In this document: positions 1 to 9,421 of the stretch, in pieces | How positions within the stretch are numbered: position 1 is the first letter of the stretch | Layout of the letters: the number at the start of each line of letters is the position of its first letter | DNA from: Prochlorococcus marinus subsp. pastoris str. CCMP1986 | GTDB lineage: Bacteria > Cyanobacteriota > Cyanobacteriia > PCC-6307 > Cyanobiaceae | Length of the DNA: 32,000 nucleotides | Direction: 5' to 3' | Assembly (NCBI RefSeq): GCF_000011465.1 | Contig: NC_005072.1 | Coordinates: forward strand, 150,001 to 182,000 | Made by a program: the position numbers and the translations under genes | Notes under the pieces: generated by a model | The model's database searches: none | What the model was told of the DNA's origin: nothing | The model's input: the letters and a program-made list of their open reading frames with translations, nothing else

Positions 1-1
1 T

Positions 2-625
2 ATTTATCTTTTTGAGCCTGAGATTTTTAACTATATTCCATCAGGAGATAAATTTGATATTGGTGCTGATCTTTTTCCTAAACTTGTTGAAATGGATTTA
101 CCATTTTTTGCTTTGCCGATGGATTTTGAGTGGGTAGATATTGGAAAAGTTCCTGATTACTGGAGTGCGATTAGAAATGTTTTATTAGGTAAAGTAAGGC
201 AAGTGGAAATTCCTGGTAAAGAAATAAAGCCTGGAGTCTTTACTGGTCTTAATGTTGCTGCAAATTGGGATAAAGTTAATATAAAAGGACCTGTTTATAT
301 CGGAGGGATGACAAGAATAGAAGATGGTGCAACTATTATTGGCCCCTCTATGATTGGACCAAGTTGTTGCATTTGTGAGGGTGCAACTATTGATAATTCT
401 ATAATCTTTGATTATTCAAAAATTGGGAAAGGAGTACAACTTGTCGATAAATTAGTATTTGGTAGATATTGTGTTGGAAAGAATGGAGACCATTTTGATT
501 TGAAAGATGCTTCTTTGGACTGGTTAATAACAGACTCAAGAAGATTAGATTTAACTGAACCATCTCCTCAACAAAAAGCGATGGCAGAATTACTAGGAAC
601 TGATTTGATTAACATTCCAGATTGA
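2..625 (+). CDS. NDP-sugar pyrophosphorylase / mannose-1-phosphate guanylyltransferase-like protein, C-terminal part (gene starts upstream of window)
   Basis: Frame stays open from base 2 (IYLFEPEIFNYIPSGDKFDIGADLFPKLVEMD...) into the tracked ORF 92..625; C-terminal hexapeptide-type left-handed beta-helix pattern (VYIGGMTRIEDGATIIGPSMIGPSCCICEGATIDNSIIFDYSKIG). Confidence 0.85.
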   Translation: MYLFEPEIFNYIPSGDKFDIGADLFPKLVEMDLPFFALPMDFEWVDIGKVPDYWSAIRNVLLGKVRQVEIPGKEIKPGVFTGLNVAANWDKVNIKGPVYIGGMTRIEDGATIIGPSMIGPSCCICEGATIDNSIIFDYSKIGKGVQLVDKLVFGRYCVGKNGDHFDLKDASLDWLITDSRRLDLTEPSPQQKAMAELLGTDLINIPD

Positions 626-1499
626 GACCAGCTTTTTCAAGTATCTCTGGGATAAGATGTTCTGATTTGACTGCCATAAGATGAATTCCATCTGCAATAT
701 TAATAAAATCTTGAGCTTGCTCTGAAGCAATTAATATTCCTTCTTGAAGTGGATTTTTTGCATCTTTGAGACGATTTAAAACATTTTCAGGAATATTCGC
801 TCCAGGTACAAATTTATTTATGAAAAGAGCATTTTTATATGATTTTAAAAGAAATACTCCTGCAATAACTGGTATCTCAAGTGGATTACTGATTTCGTTG
901 CAAAAGTCTGCTAAACATTTTCTATCCATAACTATTTGAGTTTGTAAGAAATTTGCACCGGCCTCTTTTTTTTTAATTGTTCTACTTTTTAAACTTCTTT
1001 GATTTCGACAACTTGGATCTACTGCCGCACCTGAGAAAATTTCAGTCCTTTTGTCTGGAAGTTGTTCAAAAGTAGGATCAATTCCTTGATTGAATGATTG
1101 AATTTGTTTTAATAATCTTACTGCCTCAAATTCATGAACGGCTTTTGTTTCTTGCTGATCTCCGGCTTTTACAGAATCTCCTGTAATGCATAAAATATTT
1201 TTAATTCCTAAGGCATTTGCTCCAAGAATATCTGATTGTAAAGCAATTTTATTACGATCTCTACATGAGATCTGCATTATAGGTTCTATCCCATTGTCTA
1301 GTAATAGTTTAGACATTGCTAAACTACACATTCTCATTATTGCTCTACTTCCGTCTGTAATATTAACTGCATGCACCTTATTTCTCAAGAGTTGTGCTAT
1401 TTTAAGAGATCTTACGGGGTCTCCTCCTCTTGGCGGCATTAATTCTGCTGTAATTACTTTTGAATTCTTTTCTAAAGTTTGCTGAAGTTTTGATTTCAA
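609..1499 (-). CDS. metF: Methylenetetrahydrofolate reductase
   Basis: 296 aa; ITAELMPPRGGDP N-terminus, HAVNITDGSRAIMRMC, EPIMQISCRDRN and GIKNILCITGDSVKAGD motifs; overlaps the convergent upstream gene by 17 nt. Confidence 0.88.
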   Translation of the reverse strand: MKSKLQQTLEKNSKVITAELMPPRGGDPVRSLKIAQLLRNKVHAVNITDGSRAIMRMCSLAMSKLLLDNGIEPIMQISCRDRNKIALQSDILGANALGIKNILCITGDSVKAGDQQETKAVHEFEAVRLLKQIQSFNQGIDPTFEQLPDKRTEIFSGAAVDPSCRNQRSLKSRTIKKKEAGANFLQTQIVMDRKCLADFCNEISNPLEIPVIAGVFLLKSYKNALFINKFVPGANIPENVLNRLKDAKNPLQEGILIASEQAQDFINIADGIHLMAVKSEHLIPEILEKAGLNLEC

Positions 1500-1576
1500 T
1501 TGCTTTTTTGCCTTACTTGGTTAAGAAGTTTACTGTTGCTGCTAAACTCAACTAATATATTAAAGGAACTGTTTAA

Positions 1577-1855
1577 ATGCAAATGGTTGAAGAAGGTGTT
1601 AATGACATTGATATGATGGGTCTCTCATCAAGAGAGATGGAAATCATAAATTTAGTAGCTGATGGGCTCACGAATCAGGAAATTGCGGTAAGGCTTACTA
1701 TTAGTAAAAGAACTGTCGATAATCATGTAAGTAATATGTTCACTAAAACAGGATCCAAAAATAGAGTAGCTCTTTTAAATTGGGCAATGGATCACGGAAA
1801 AATTTGTAGAGATGGGTTTAATTGTTGTACTCTACCTGATTCAGATCAAGATTAA
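1577..1855 (+). CDS. Small stand-alone LuxR-type HTH transcriptional regulator (PedR-like)
   Basis: 92 aa; classical LuxR/NarL HTH LSSREMEIINLVADGLTNQEIAVRLTISKRTVDNHVSNMFTKTGSKNRVALLNWA without a receiver domain. Confidence 0.85.
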   Translation: MQMVEEGVNDIDMMGLSSREMEIINLVADGLTNQEIAVRLTISKRTVDNHVSNMFTKTGSKNRVALLNWAMDHGKICRDGFNCCTLPDSDQD

Positions 1856-2003
1856 TATTATTTTCTTTATCGATACTGGATATTAAATTCATTAAACAAC
1901 AATGTGATGAATTAAGTTCAAAAAGTTTTGCATAATCAAGACATGCTTCCTTATCATAGTTAACGCATCTTAGTATTCCATCTCTGTCATACAGACCATA
2001 CAT
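1818..2003 (-). CDS. Small hypothetical protein (61 aa)
   Basis: ORF MYGLYDRDGILRCVNYDKEACLDYAKLF... fills a gap otherwise empty of genes; overlaps the 3' end of the LuxR gene by 38 nt. No recognised domain. Confidence 0.45.
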   Translation of the reverse strand: MYGLYDRDGILRCVNYDKEACLDYAKLFELNSSHCCLMNLISSIDKENNINLDLNQVEYNN

Positions 2004-2079
2004 GTCTAAAAATAATAAAATTTATATTTCAAATATAAAGAGAATATAAAGGAAGCGAGAGCTTTTTGGCTAGGTTTTT

Positions 2080-2556
2080 TTAAATCTTCATTTCCCATTT
2101 GGAAAATGGATGTTTTGTCAGATTAAGATTAGTATATTTTGTTAGACCAGTAATTTCTTTTGCTATGAAAGATGGAAGAATAACTTGTTCTTCCTCTTTA
2201 GTAAGCTCAATTTCGGCAATTTCTAAAGGAAAATTTTTGTCTTTAAAGCAATCTACAATCCAATCTTTTCGATCAATTTTTAAAAAAAATCTTTCTTTTT
2301 TAATTGTATTGTTAAGAGTTGACATAATTTTTTCACCTTCACTATTTGGTATTGAGTATTCATATTCGTAATTAGTAAAATTTTTAATATGTTTTTTAAG
2401 TGCAATTTTAAAGTTTTTGCCATTAAATCTGATTCTTACTATCCAATCCTCCAAATGGTGGGAAAGATAGCCCTGCTCTATAAAAGTCTTATGAGTAATA
2501 AAATCATTCCATTGATCATTTTTGATAAGAAATCGTCTTTCAATTTCTAATGCCAT
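2080..2556 (-). CDS. CYTH-domain protein (triphosphate tunnel metalloenzyme family)
   Basis: 158 aa beginning MALEIERRFLI (ExExK-type CYTH signature) with IRFNGKNFKIALK and EIAEIELTKEEEQV segments; immediately follows nadK. Confidence 0.82.
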   Translation of the reverse strand: MALEIERRFLIKNDQWNDFITHKTFIEQGYLSHHLEDWIVRIRFNGKNFKIALKKHIKNFTNYEYEYSIPNSEGEKIMSTLNNTIKKERFFLKIDRKDWIVDCFKDKNFPLEIAEIELTKEEEQVILPSFIAKEITGLTKYTNLNLTKHPFSKWEMKI

Positions 2557-3471
2557 CTAATTATTTTGATTATTTTTTAATGATAAATCTCCTTTCCAAT
2601 CGAGCTTTTTGATTAATGTAATGTAATAGGAAATGCTTTTATTAAATTTAATCATTTTACAGGGCTTTGTTACTTTATTAATTTCACAATAATCATTTTC
2701 TTTTATAGTCATACACTTTGATCCATCTTTCCATAGTTTTATTTCTCTTTTGTTCTTTTGAACGACTCTAATAACTACTTTACTTGTATCAGGAATAATA
2801 ATTGGCCGGCTAGCTAAGCTCATAGGACATATTGGATTTATAACGAATGCATTTATTGAGGGGTGCACTATTGGACCTCCTGCAGCCATAGAGTATGCAG
2901 TTGAACCAGTTGAGGAAGAAATAATTAAACCATCACCTTTGTATTCGTTTACTTTCTCATTATCTATTTCGATTTGAATTTGATTGGTTGGAGAAATATC
3001 TTCTTCAACAGATTTAAAATAAAAGTCATTTAACGCATCATAGCTTTTGAGTATTTTTCTTTCTCTATTCTTCTCGTTGCTATAAACATCACAATGTAAT
3101 CTGTTTCTAAAATCAATTATGAATTCTTCTTTTTCTAAAATTTTGATAAATGATTGGTCAAATAAAAAATCCTTTTCTTGAGTCAAAAATCCTAAATTAC
3201 CGCCAATATTAAAACTAAGTATAGGAATATCATAGTTTACTAATGCATTTGCAGATTTAAGAACAGTGCCATCACCACCAAGAACAATTACTAGATCAGG
3301 TAATGCAGCAAGATTGTAGAAGTAGTTTTCTAATTGATTGTTATCAAAATCACTTTCGATCCTTTTTGATTTAATATTTCTTTCTTTGAGAGTCTTATTA
3401 CAAAATATAGATGCTTCTTTAGCAGTTAAGCTATTAGAACGATAAATAATAAGCACCAATGAAAGATTCAC
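2557..3471 (-). CDS. nadK: NAD(+) kinase
   Basis: 304 aa; [52 protein letters not shown] motifs. Confidence 0.92.
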   Translation of the reverse strand: MNLSLVLIIYRSNSLTAKEASIFCNKTLKERNIKSKRIESDFDNNQLENYFYNLAALPDLVIVLGGDGTVLKSANALVNYDIPILSFNIGGNLGFLTQEKDFLFDQSFIKILEKEEFIIDFRNRLHCDVYSNEKNRERKILKSYDALNDFYFKSVEEDISPTNQIQIEIDNEKVNEYKGDGLIISSSTGSTAYSMAAGGPIVHPSINAFVINPICPMSLASRPIIIPDTSKVVIRVVQKNKREIKLWKDGSKCMTIKENDYCEINKVTKPCKMIKFNKSISYYITLIKKLDWKGDLSLKNNQNN

Positions 3472-3481
3472 TTGATGCTTG

Positions 3482-3802
3482 TTACCACTTTAATAAATTA
3501 AAACTTTCCATATCAACAGTCACCCTATTTCTATAAAGAGATAACAATATAGCTAAACCTACAGCAGCTTCTGCTGCTGCAACTGTAATAACAAAAATTG
3601 TAAAAACTTGTCCTTGAATTAGGTTATTGTCCACATAAGAGGAGAAGGCCATCAAATTTATGTTCACTGCATTCAACATTAACTCTATACTCATCAGTAC
3701 TCTTACTGCATTTCTACTATTTAATAATCCCCAAATGCCAATACAAAATAAAACTGAGGAAACTATTAAAAAAGCTTGAAGTGGGATGGATTCTAAATTC
3801 AT
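3482..3802 (-). CDS. ndhE: NAD(P)H-quinone oxidoreductase subunit 4L
   Basis: 106 aa NuoK-like membrane protein ([30 protein letters not shown]; [22 protein letters not shown]). Confidence 0.94.
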   Translation of the reverse strand: MNLESIPLQAFLIVSSVLFCIGIWGLLNSRNAVRVLMSIELMLNAVNINLMAFSSYVDNNLIQGQVFTIFVITVAAAEAAVGLAILLSLYRNRVTVDMESFNLLKW

Positions 3803-3803
3803 C

Positions 3804-4403
3804 TTAATTTTTTTTTATAAGTAAAGGTTCATTTGGTTTCTCTATTAGCTCTTGATCTACCGGTAAACCTGTTGAAATATCTTCATTCATGACATCTCTT
3901 CTAGCCAAAACAATAGCACCAATCATGGCCATTAAGAGCAATACAGATGCCACTTCAAAAGGGAGCAAATAATCACTAAATAAGTGTTCTCCTATTCTTA
4001 CTGTAGATTCTTCCCCTATAGATGCATTAGGTTCAGCCAAACCCCAAGTATTGGATAAATCAACTCTTATTAATAGACTTAGAAGAGTTAAACAAATTGA
4101 TGTTGATATAATTCTTCTTGATTTGATATTTGCAATAGCCTTTAAATCTTCTTTTTTATTAACCAACATTATTGCAAAAATTATTAGAACATTAACTGCC
4201 CCTACATAAACTAAAACTTGAGCTGCAGCAACAAAACTTGCGTTTAGTAGTAGATATAAGCCTGCAACACTCATAAAGACTCCCCCAAGCAAAAATGCAG
4301 AGTAAACAATGTTCTCTAGAAGAATTACACCTAGTGCTCCAATTATTACAACTAAAGATAATACTGAAAAACAAATTATTTGAGTTGTTACTGCTAAAGA
4401 CAT
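3804..4403 (-). CDS. ndhG: NAD(P)H-quinone oxidoreductase subunit 6
   Basis: 199 aa NuoJ-like ([53 protein letters not shown]); within ndhA-I-G-E order. Confidence 0.94.
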   Translation of the reverse strand: MSLAVTTQIICFSVLSLVVIIGALGVILLENIVYSAFLLGGVFMSVAGLYLLLNASFVAAAQVLVYVGAVNVLIIFAIMLVNKKEDLKAIANIKSRRIISTSICLTLLSLLIRVDLSNTWGLAEPNASIGEESTVRIGEHLFSDYLLPFEVASVLLLMAMIGAIVLARRDVMNEDISTGLPVDQELIEKPNEPLLIKKN

Positions 4404-4416
4404 GTATTATTTAAAG

Positions 4417-5043
4417 TTATTTATTTGGCTCGACAGTGGGGTTTTTAATATCATTCAATTTTGGTTTCATCCAATCATAAACTTCTTCTGGTAGTTTACC
4501 AACTCGAACATCTGAAGGAGGAACTTCATGAGGATCCATAACTCCTTTAGGCAAATATGCAAGTTCCCTTAGAGGTTTCACAGATGGATCAGTTGTAACG
4601 TTCGTCGGAAGTCTACCTAATGCAATATTATCAAAATTTAAATTATGCCTATCGAATGTAGCTAATTCGTATTCTTCAGTCATAGATAAGCAATTTGTTG
4701 GGCAATATTCAACACAATTCCCGCAAAAAATGCATACTCCAAAGTCTATAGAATAATTTCTAAGTTCCTTTTTCTTAGTTTCCTTATTCATAACCCAGTC
4801 CACAACTGGTAAATTTATCGGACAAACACGTACGCATACTTCACAGGCGATGCATTTATCAAATTCATAATGGATTCTTCCTCTATATCTTTCAGAAGGA
4901 ATTAACTTTTCGTAAGGGTATTGAACAGTAACTGGTCGTCTTCGGAGATGATCAAAAGTTACAGTAAATCCATCATATAAATATTTACCAGCACTGAAGG
5001 CTTCTTTAATATAACTATTTACTTTTTGAAGAAAATCTTTCAT
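4417..5043 (-). CDS. ndhI: NAD(P)H-quinone oxidoreductase subunit I, 2x[4Fe-4S]
   Basis: 208 aa; two ferredoxin motifs [16 protein letters not shown] and [25 protein letters not shown]. Confidence 0.95.
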   Translation of the reverse strand: MKDFLQKVNSYIKEAFSAGKYLYDGFTVTFDHLRRRPVTVQYPYEKLIPSERYRGRIHYEFDKCIACEVCVRVCPINLPVVDWVMNKETKKKELRNYSIDFGVCIFCGNCVEYCPTNCLSMTEEYELATFDRHNLNFDNIALGRLPTNVTTDPSVKPLRELAYLPKGVMDPHEVPPSDVRVGKLPEEVYDWMKPKLNDIKNPTVEPNK

Positions 5044-5086
5044 TTTAAAGAATTTACTTAGTTATTTTATTCTAGTGTATTTAATA

Positions 5087-5114
5087 AATGTTTAAGTATT
5101 TCTACTTAAACATT
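5087..5114. repeat. Perfect 12-bp inverted repeat with 4-nt loop in the ndhA-ndhI spacer
   Basis: AATGTTTAAGTA-TTTC-TACTTAAACATT; it starts at the ndhA stop codon (transcribed leftward). No U-tract follows on the minus strand. Confidence 0.7.
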
Positions 5115-6231
5115 ATCCACCAAAAAATTGAGGAAAAGCTAATTTTAATCCTGCTGTCACAAGTAGATTAGCAAGAGATATGGGTAAAAGGAATTTCCAT
5201 CCTAAATCTAGAAGTTGATCTATTCTCACCCTTGGTGTTGTCCAGCGCAATAATATAGCAACAAAAACCAATAGATATGCTTTGAGAACAGTCATTATGA
5301 TTCCTATAGAAGCTGTGAAAACTTGAATCACAGGAGCATCAATTGGAAGATTTAGAGCTTTAGCAATTATCTCAACAGGAATAGGAAATCCCCATCCACC
5401 TAGATAAAGTATTGATACTAATAATGCAGATAGGATTAAATTTATATAACTGCCTAAATAAAATAAAGCAAATTTCATTCCAGCATATTCAGTTTGATAA
5501 CCCGCTACTAATTCTTCCTCAGCTTCTGGCAAGTCGAATGGTAATCTTTCGCATTCAGCAAGAGCACATATCCAGAAAATTATGAATCCAACAGGTTGCC
5601 TCCATATATTCCAACTTAATATTCCTGCTCCGCTTTGTTGATTAACAATATCAATAGTACTAAGGGAATTTGTCATTAAAACAATGGCTAGTACAGACAA
5701 AGCCAGGGGTATTTCATAGCTAATAGATTGAGCAGCTGCTCTTAATCCGCCTAATAATGAATATTTATTATTCGAGGCGTAGCCACTCATAAGAAGACCA
5801 ATGGGTTGAATACTACTTAGAGCTATCCAAAGAAAAATTCCAATACCAACATTACTAATTAGCAAGTTTTGGCCAAAAGGAACAATTAACCAAGATAGAA
5901 TAACCGGTACCAATACTAATATTGGTCCCGCAGTGAATAGAATTGAATCTGCTTTTGCAGGAATAATATCTTCTTTTACAAGTAATTTCAGACCGTCTGC
6001 AATTGGTTGAAGTACCCCTAAGGCCCCTGCATATTCTGGACCTATTCGTTGTTGAGCAGCAGCAGATATTTTTCTTTCTAACCAAACTGTGACTAATACA
6101 CCAACAACTGCTGATACTAAAACTAATAACATTGGTAAAGGTAGCCAGATTATATGAGCAAGCTCACTTGATAGGCCGAAGCCTTTTAAGATTTCATTAA
6201 AACTATATTCGAGATCTAATCCGGAGTTCAA
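5113..6231 (-). CDS. ndhA: NAD(P)H-quinone oxidoreductase subunit 1
   Basis: 372 aa NuoH-like; [103 protein letters not shown]. Confidence 0.96.
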   Translation of the reverse strand: MNSGLDLEYSFNEILKGFGLSSELAHIIWLPLPMLLVLVSAVVGVLVTVWLERKISAAAQQRIGPEYAGALGVLQPIADGLKLLVKEDIIPAKADSILFTAGPILVLVPVILSWLIVPFGQNLLISNVGIGIFLWIALSSIQPIGLLMSGYASNNKYSLLGGLRAAAQSISYEIPLALSVLAIVLMTNSLSTIDIVNQQSGAGILSWNIWRQPVGFIIFWICALAECERLPFDLPEAEEELVAGYQTEYAGMKFALFYLGSYINLILSALLVSILYLGGWGFPIPVEIIAKALNLPIDAPVIQVFTASIGIIMTVLKAYLLVFVAILLRWTTPRVRIDQLLDLGWKFLLPISLANLLVTAGLKLAFPQFFGG

Positions 6232-6306
6232 AATTTTATTGTTATTTATTCTTTAGATTAACTCTTCATAAACAATATGTGTGTTTTTTATGAAAAGCTG
6301 AAGATA

Positions 6307-7452
6307 TTATTTTCGATTTTCTAAAGTAATCCAATCTCTTGGAGCCGAACCGGTATAAATTTGAGACGGTCTAAAAATTCTGTTTGCGCCTAATTGTTCC
6401 CTCCAATGAGCTAACCAACCTGCGACTCTTGATATTGCAAAAATAGGAGTAAATAAGTCACGGGGAATACCAAGTTTTCTGTAAACAAGGCCAGAATAAA
6501 AATCAACGTTTGGGAAAATACCTTTTCCTCCTAGCCTTGGGATAGCCTCTAACTCTAATTTTTTAGCAACTTCATACATTTCATCTTTTCCAAACCTAAC
6601 AAAAAGCTCCTCTGCTAATTTCTGAAGAATAATTGCTCGAGGATCTTTAACTTTGTACTCTCGATGTCCGAAACCCATTATTTTACTTTTGTTTTGAATA
6701 GCATCTTCTAAAAATGAAGCAGCTTTTTCTGGAGTTTTAATATCTTCTAACATGGCAATTACATCTTCATTAGCTCCACCATGAAGAGGACCAGCTAATG
6801 TTCCTACTGCAGAGGCAATTACTGCGTATGGGTCTGTAAGAGTGCTAGCCGTAACTCGTGCGCTAAATGTACTCGCATTTAAACTATGTTCTGCATGAAG
6901 AATTAGGCATCTATCAAAAACTTTTGCAGCTATGGGATCTTGTTCTTTTTCAGTCAACATGTAAAGAAAATTCGATGAGTAGGATAAATCATCCCTAGGT
7001 TGAATGGGATCTTGTCCTTTTCTTATAAGTTGAAATGCAGCAATCATTGTTGGAATTTTTGCAATTAGTCTTATCACTGCGTTGTAGATATACTTGGGAT
7101 CATCTATCGCTCTTCTTGAGTAGAAAAGACCAAGAGAGGCGGCACTGGACTGCAGAGCATCCATGGGATGCCCTGTGGCAGGAAAGCATTTCATCATATC
7201 TCTTACTCTGAAGCTTAATCTCCGATGCATCTGTACTTCTTGTTCAAAATCTCTTAGTTCTGTTGCTGAAGGTAATTCTCCCCAAATTAATAAAAAAGCA
7301 GTCTCTAAGAAACTACTTTTCTGTGCTAATTCTTCAATTGAATAGCCTCTATATAATAATTTCCCTTTTTGACCGTCAATATCACATATTGATGAATTAG
7401 TTACTGGAACTCCCTCTAATCCTGGTTTTAAAATTAGTTTATGAGTATCCAA
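6307..7452 (-). CDS. gltA: Citrate synthase
   Basis: 381 aa; GKLLYRGYSIEELA, LHAEHSLNASTFSARV, AGPLHGGANEDVIAML, GFGHREYKVKDPRA, NVDFYSGLVYRKLGIP. Confidence 0.95.
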   Translation of the reverse strand: MDTHKLILKPGLEGVPVTNSSICDIDGQKGKLLYRGYSIEELAQKSSFLETAFLLIWGELPSATELRDFEQEVQMHRRLSFRVRDMMKCFPATGHPMDALQSSAASLGLFYSRRAIDDPKYIYNAVIRLIAKIPTMIAAFQLIRKGQDPIQPRDDLSYSSNFLYMLTEKEQDPIAAKVFDRCLILHAEHSLNASTFSARVTASTLTDPYAVIASAVGTLAGPLHGGANEDVIAMLEDIKTPEKAASFLEDAIQNKSKIMGFGHREYKVKDPRAIILQKLAEELFVRFGKDEMYEVAKKLELEAIPRLGGKGIFPNVDFYSGLVYRKLGIPRDLFTPIFAISRVAGWLAHWREQLGANRIFRPSQIYTGSAPRDWITLENRK

Positions 7453-7531
7453 AATTTTAATGTGATATGAATCGTTTATAGATCTAAGATAGTCAAATAA
7501 TTTTTAATTAACCACAAGATATCAATCAAAT

Positions 7532-8989
7532 TTAATTATTAAATATTTTAAAATTAGTTTCTGCATAATAAAAAGGAGCTGTTTCTGGAATGGATTGTTT
7601 GATTACTGCTTTAAATTCTGTAATTGATAAATTAATTATATTTTTAAAAAAGTAATTAATGTTTTCTAAATAAGAGAAATTTTTAGTTTGTATAGAGTAA
7701 GGATTCTTGAGATTTAATTTTTTATTTAGAAAGTATTTAGCATGACTATCCCCTCTTAAACTAAAAAACTCATTTGAAATTGAATCTATATCTGTCTCAT
7801 TTACCAATGTGTTACTAATAAAGTTTAGATTGTCAGTCTCAACTAAAAAAATCTTTTTATAATTTAACTGTTTTATAATATTTTCTTCTTTTAAAAGTAC
7901 ATCTTTTGAATATATTGTATAAATATTATTATTATTTTCTAAACTATTTTTATTAAAATCTTCTAATAATTTTATGTTCTCAATGGGTAAATAATTTTTA
8001 TCATAAATTACTAACCAATTGTTATCGGAACTTAAGAATAGTATATTAGATTTTAATTTATTATTTAGTTCTTTAATAATAGCCTTTTCAAAACTGTTTA
8101 TTTCAATATTATCAAGATACTTATTTGAATCTAATAAATCATTATAAATAGATAGTTGATAATTTTTTTTATCTAATATATTTACTGTATCCATATTTTT
8201 ATATAATATAATATCTGAAATTTTGTTATTATTAACTAAATATGACTTTAATATAATTTCTTTATCCTTAAAATCAAATAAGGTTAATAAAGAGTCCTCT
8301 TTTCTTAGAGAATAATTTTTTGTATTTAATAGTTCATTTGTTTTAAAATTATTTGTTAAAAAGATATTATGTTCATTTTTAAAATTATTCAATACTTCTT
8401 TTAAAGAGATATATTTGTTTTCAATATTAATTGATTGTAATGCATCAAGTATTAAGGTTTTATTAGAGGAAGTAATAATATAATTATCATTAGTTCGATA
8501 AATATATTTTAAATAATTTAATTTATTTTCTCTAAATATTTTAATTAATTTATCAGGCTCATCAATTTTATTAGGAAGATTTAAAATATCGTCTATATCT
8601 TTATTTTCCTTTATTTTGAATATTATTAAAACATCATCTATCTCTTTTTCTTTATTATCATGGGTAGTAATTAAAAGTTCATTATTATAAATATCTTCTA
8701 ATTTGTAAGTACCTAAATCTAAACCTAAGTAAGCCAATATACTATTTTTTACTAAAACAAGCTCATCTTGATTTGTTGTTTCAAAGTTTGTCCTTATGGC
8801 GTTAGTAATTTTTGAACTTTTAGTATTTGAAATGAAGAATTTTTTATTATCTTTCGGTAAGTACTTCAAGATCTTTAATTCTGAAATATCATTTTGATTT
8901 CCTTTATTTAAACTATAAGAAGTTTCTTCAAATCCAAAAATACAACATAAGAATAATATTGTTATTACAGTAAGATATTTAATATTCAT
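7532..8989 (-). CDS. Hypothetical, probably exported protein (possibly DUF3352-like)
   Basis: Tracked ORF is 7532..9010 (492 aa). MNIKYLTVITILFLCCIFGFEETSYS at codon 8 looks like a signal peptide start, so the likely start is near 8989. Strong N/K/I/L bias, no recognised catalytic motif; family assignment tentative. Confidence 0.7.
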   Translation of the reverse strand: MNIKYLTVITILFLCCIFGFEETSYSLNKGNQNDISELKILKYLPKDNKKFFISNTKSSKITNAIRTNFETTNQDELVLVKNSILAYLGLDLGTYKLEDIYNNELLITTHDNKEKEIDDVLIIFKIKENKDIDDILNLPNKIDEPDKLIKIFRENKLNYLKYIYRTNDNYIITSSNKTLILDALQSINIENKYISLKEVLNNFKNEHNIFLTNNFKTNELLNTKNYSLRKEDSLLTLFDFKDKEIILKSYLVNNNKISDIILYKNMDTVNILDKKNYQLSIYNDLLDSNKYLDNIEINSFEKAIIKELNNKLKSNILFLSSDNNWLVIYDKNYLPIENIKLLEDFNKNSLENNNNIYTIYSKDVLLKEENIIKQLNYKKIFLVETDNLNFISNTLVNETDIDSISNEFFSLRGDSHAKYFLNKKLNLKNPYSIQTKNFSYLENINYFFKNIINLSITEFKAVIKQSIPETAPFYYAETNFKIFNN

Positions 8990-9070
8990 TTTTATTTTTA
9001 TTTTTAACAATAAACATGTTCTTGCAACCTTACTTATAAAATTGTTAATAACAAATATTTATTCTAACAA

Positions 9071-9421
9071 TTGGGAAATTATCCGAAAACTTTAAATGCT
9101 TTTGATCTTAATGAATGGTTTAATTCTGAAGATGAGAATCCAATTATAATTGATGTTAGAGAGGATTCAGAACTCGAGATTGCATGTTTTAGTAGGGAAT
9201 TTTTACATTTACCAATAAGTAAGGTTTCAGCTGAGTATGTAAAAACAAAAATCAGTGATTTAAAAGATAAAAAGTTCGTTGTTCTTTGTCATGCTGGTAT
9301 AAGAAGTTATAATTTTGGACAATGGGCATTAGAAAATAATCTTGTAAACGAGATTTGGAATCTTGAAGAAGGTATAGATGGTTGGAGTCAGTATATTGAT
9401 CAAACGATACCTAGATATTAA
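9071..9421 (+). CDS. Rhodanese-like domain protein
   Basis: 116 aa; PIIIDVREDSELEIACF, LPISKVS, VVLCHAGIRSYNFGQWALENN (CxxGxRS active-site loop). TTG start; an in-frame stop (TAA 9065-9067) lies just upstream, so the start is constrained. Confidence 0.87.
   Translation: MGNYPKTLNAFDLNEWFNSEDENPIIIDVREDSELEIACFSREFLHLPISKVSAEYVKTKISDLKDKKFVVLCHAGIRSYNFGQWALENNLVNEIWNLEEGIDGWSQYIDQTIPRY

Noticed and set aside
1186-1485. Plus-strand ORF opposite metF
   Set aside because: Fully antisense to a confidently identified enzyme; composition mirrors the reverse complement of conserved metF codons.
2050-2079. Short stem AAGC-GAGA-GCTT followed by Ts downstream of the CYTH gene
   Set aside because: Only 4 canonical bp plus wobble pairs, and the T-run is on the strand opposite to the upstream operon; too weak to call a terminator.
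2099-2371. Plus-strand ORF opposite the CYTH gene
   Set aside because: Antisense shadow ORF with no domain signature.
4192-6085. Plus-strand ORFs 4192..4374 and 5855..6085 inside ndhG and ndhA
   Set aside because: Antisense to strongly conserved ndh genes; no plausible RBS or domain.
7163-7345. Plus-strand ORF opposite gltA
   Set aside because: Antisense shadow of conserved citrate synthase sequence.
9045-9060. TTGTTA-A-TAACAA dyad in the spacer upstream of the rhodanese gene
   Set aside because: Short AT-only-style palindrome expected by chance in such an AT-rich spacer; no second copy noticed.
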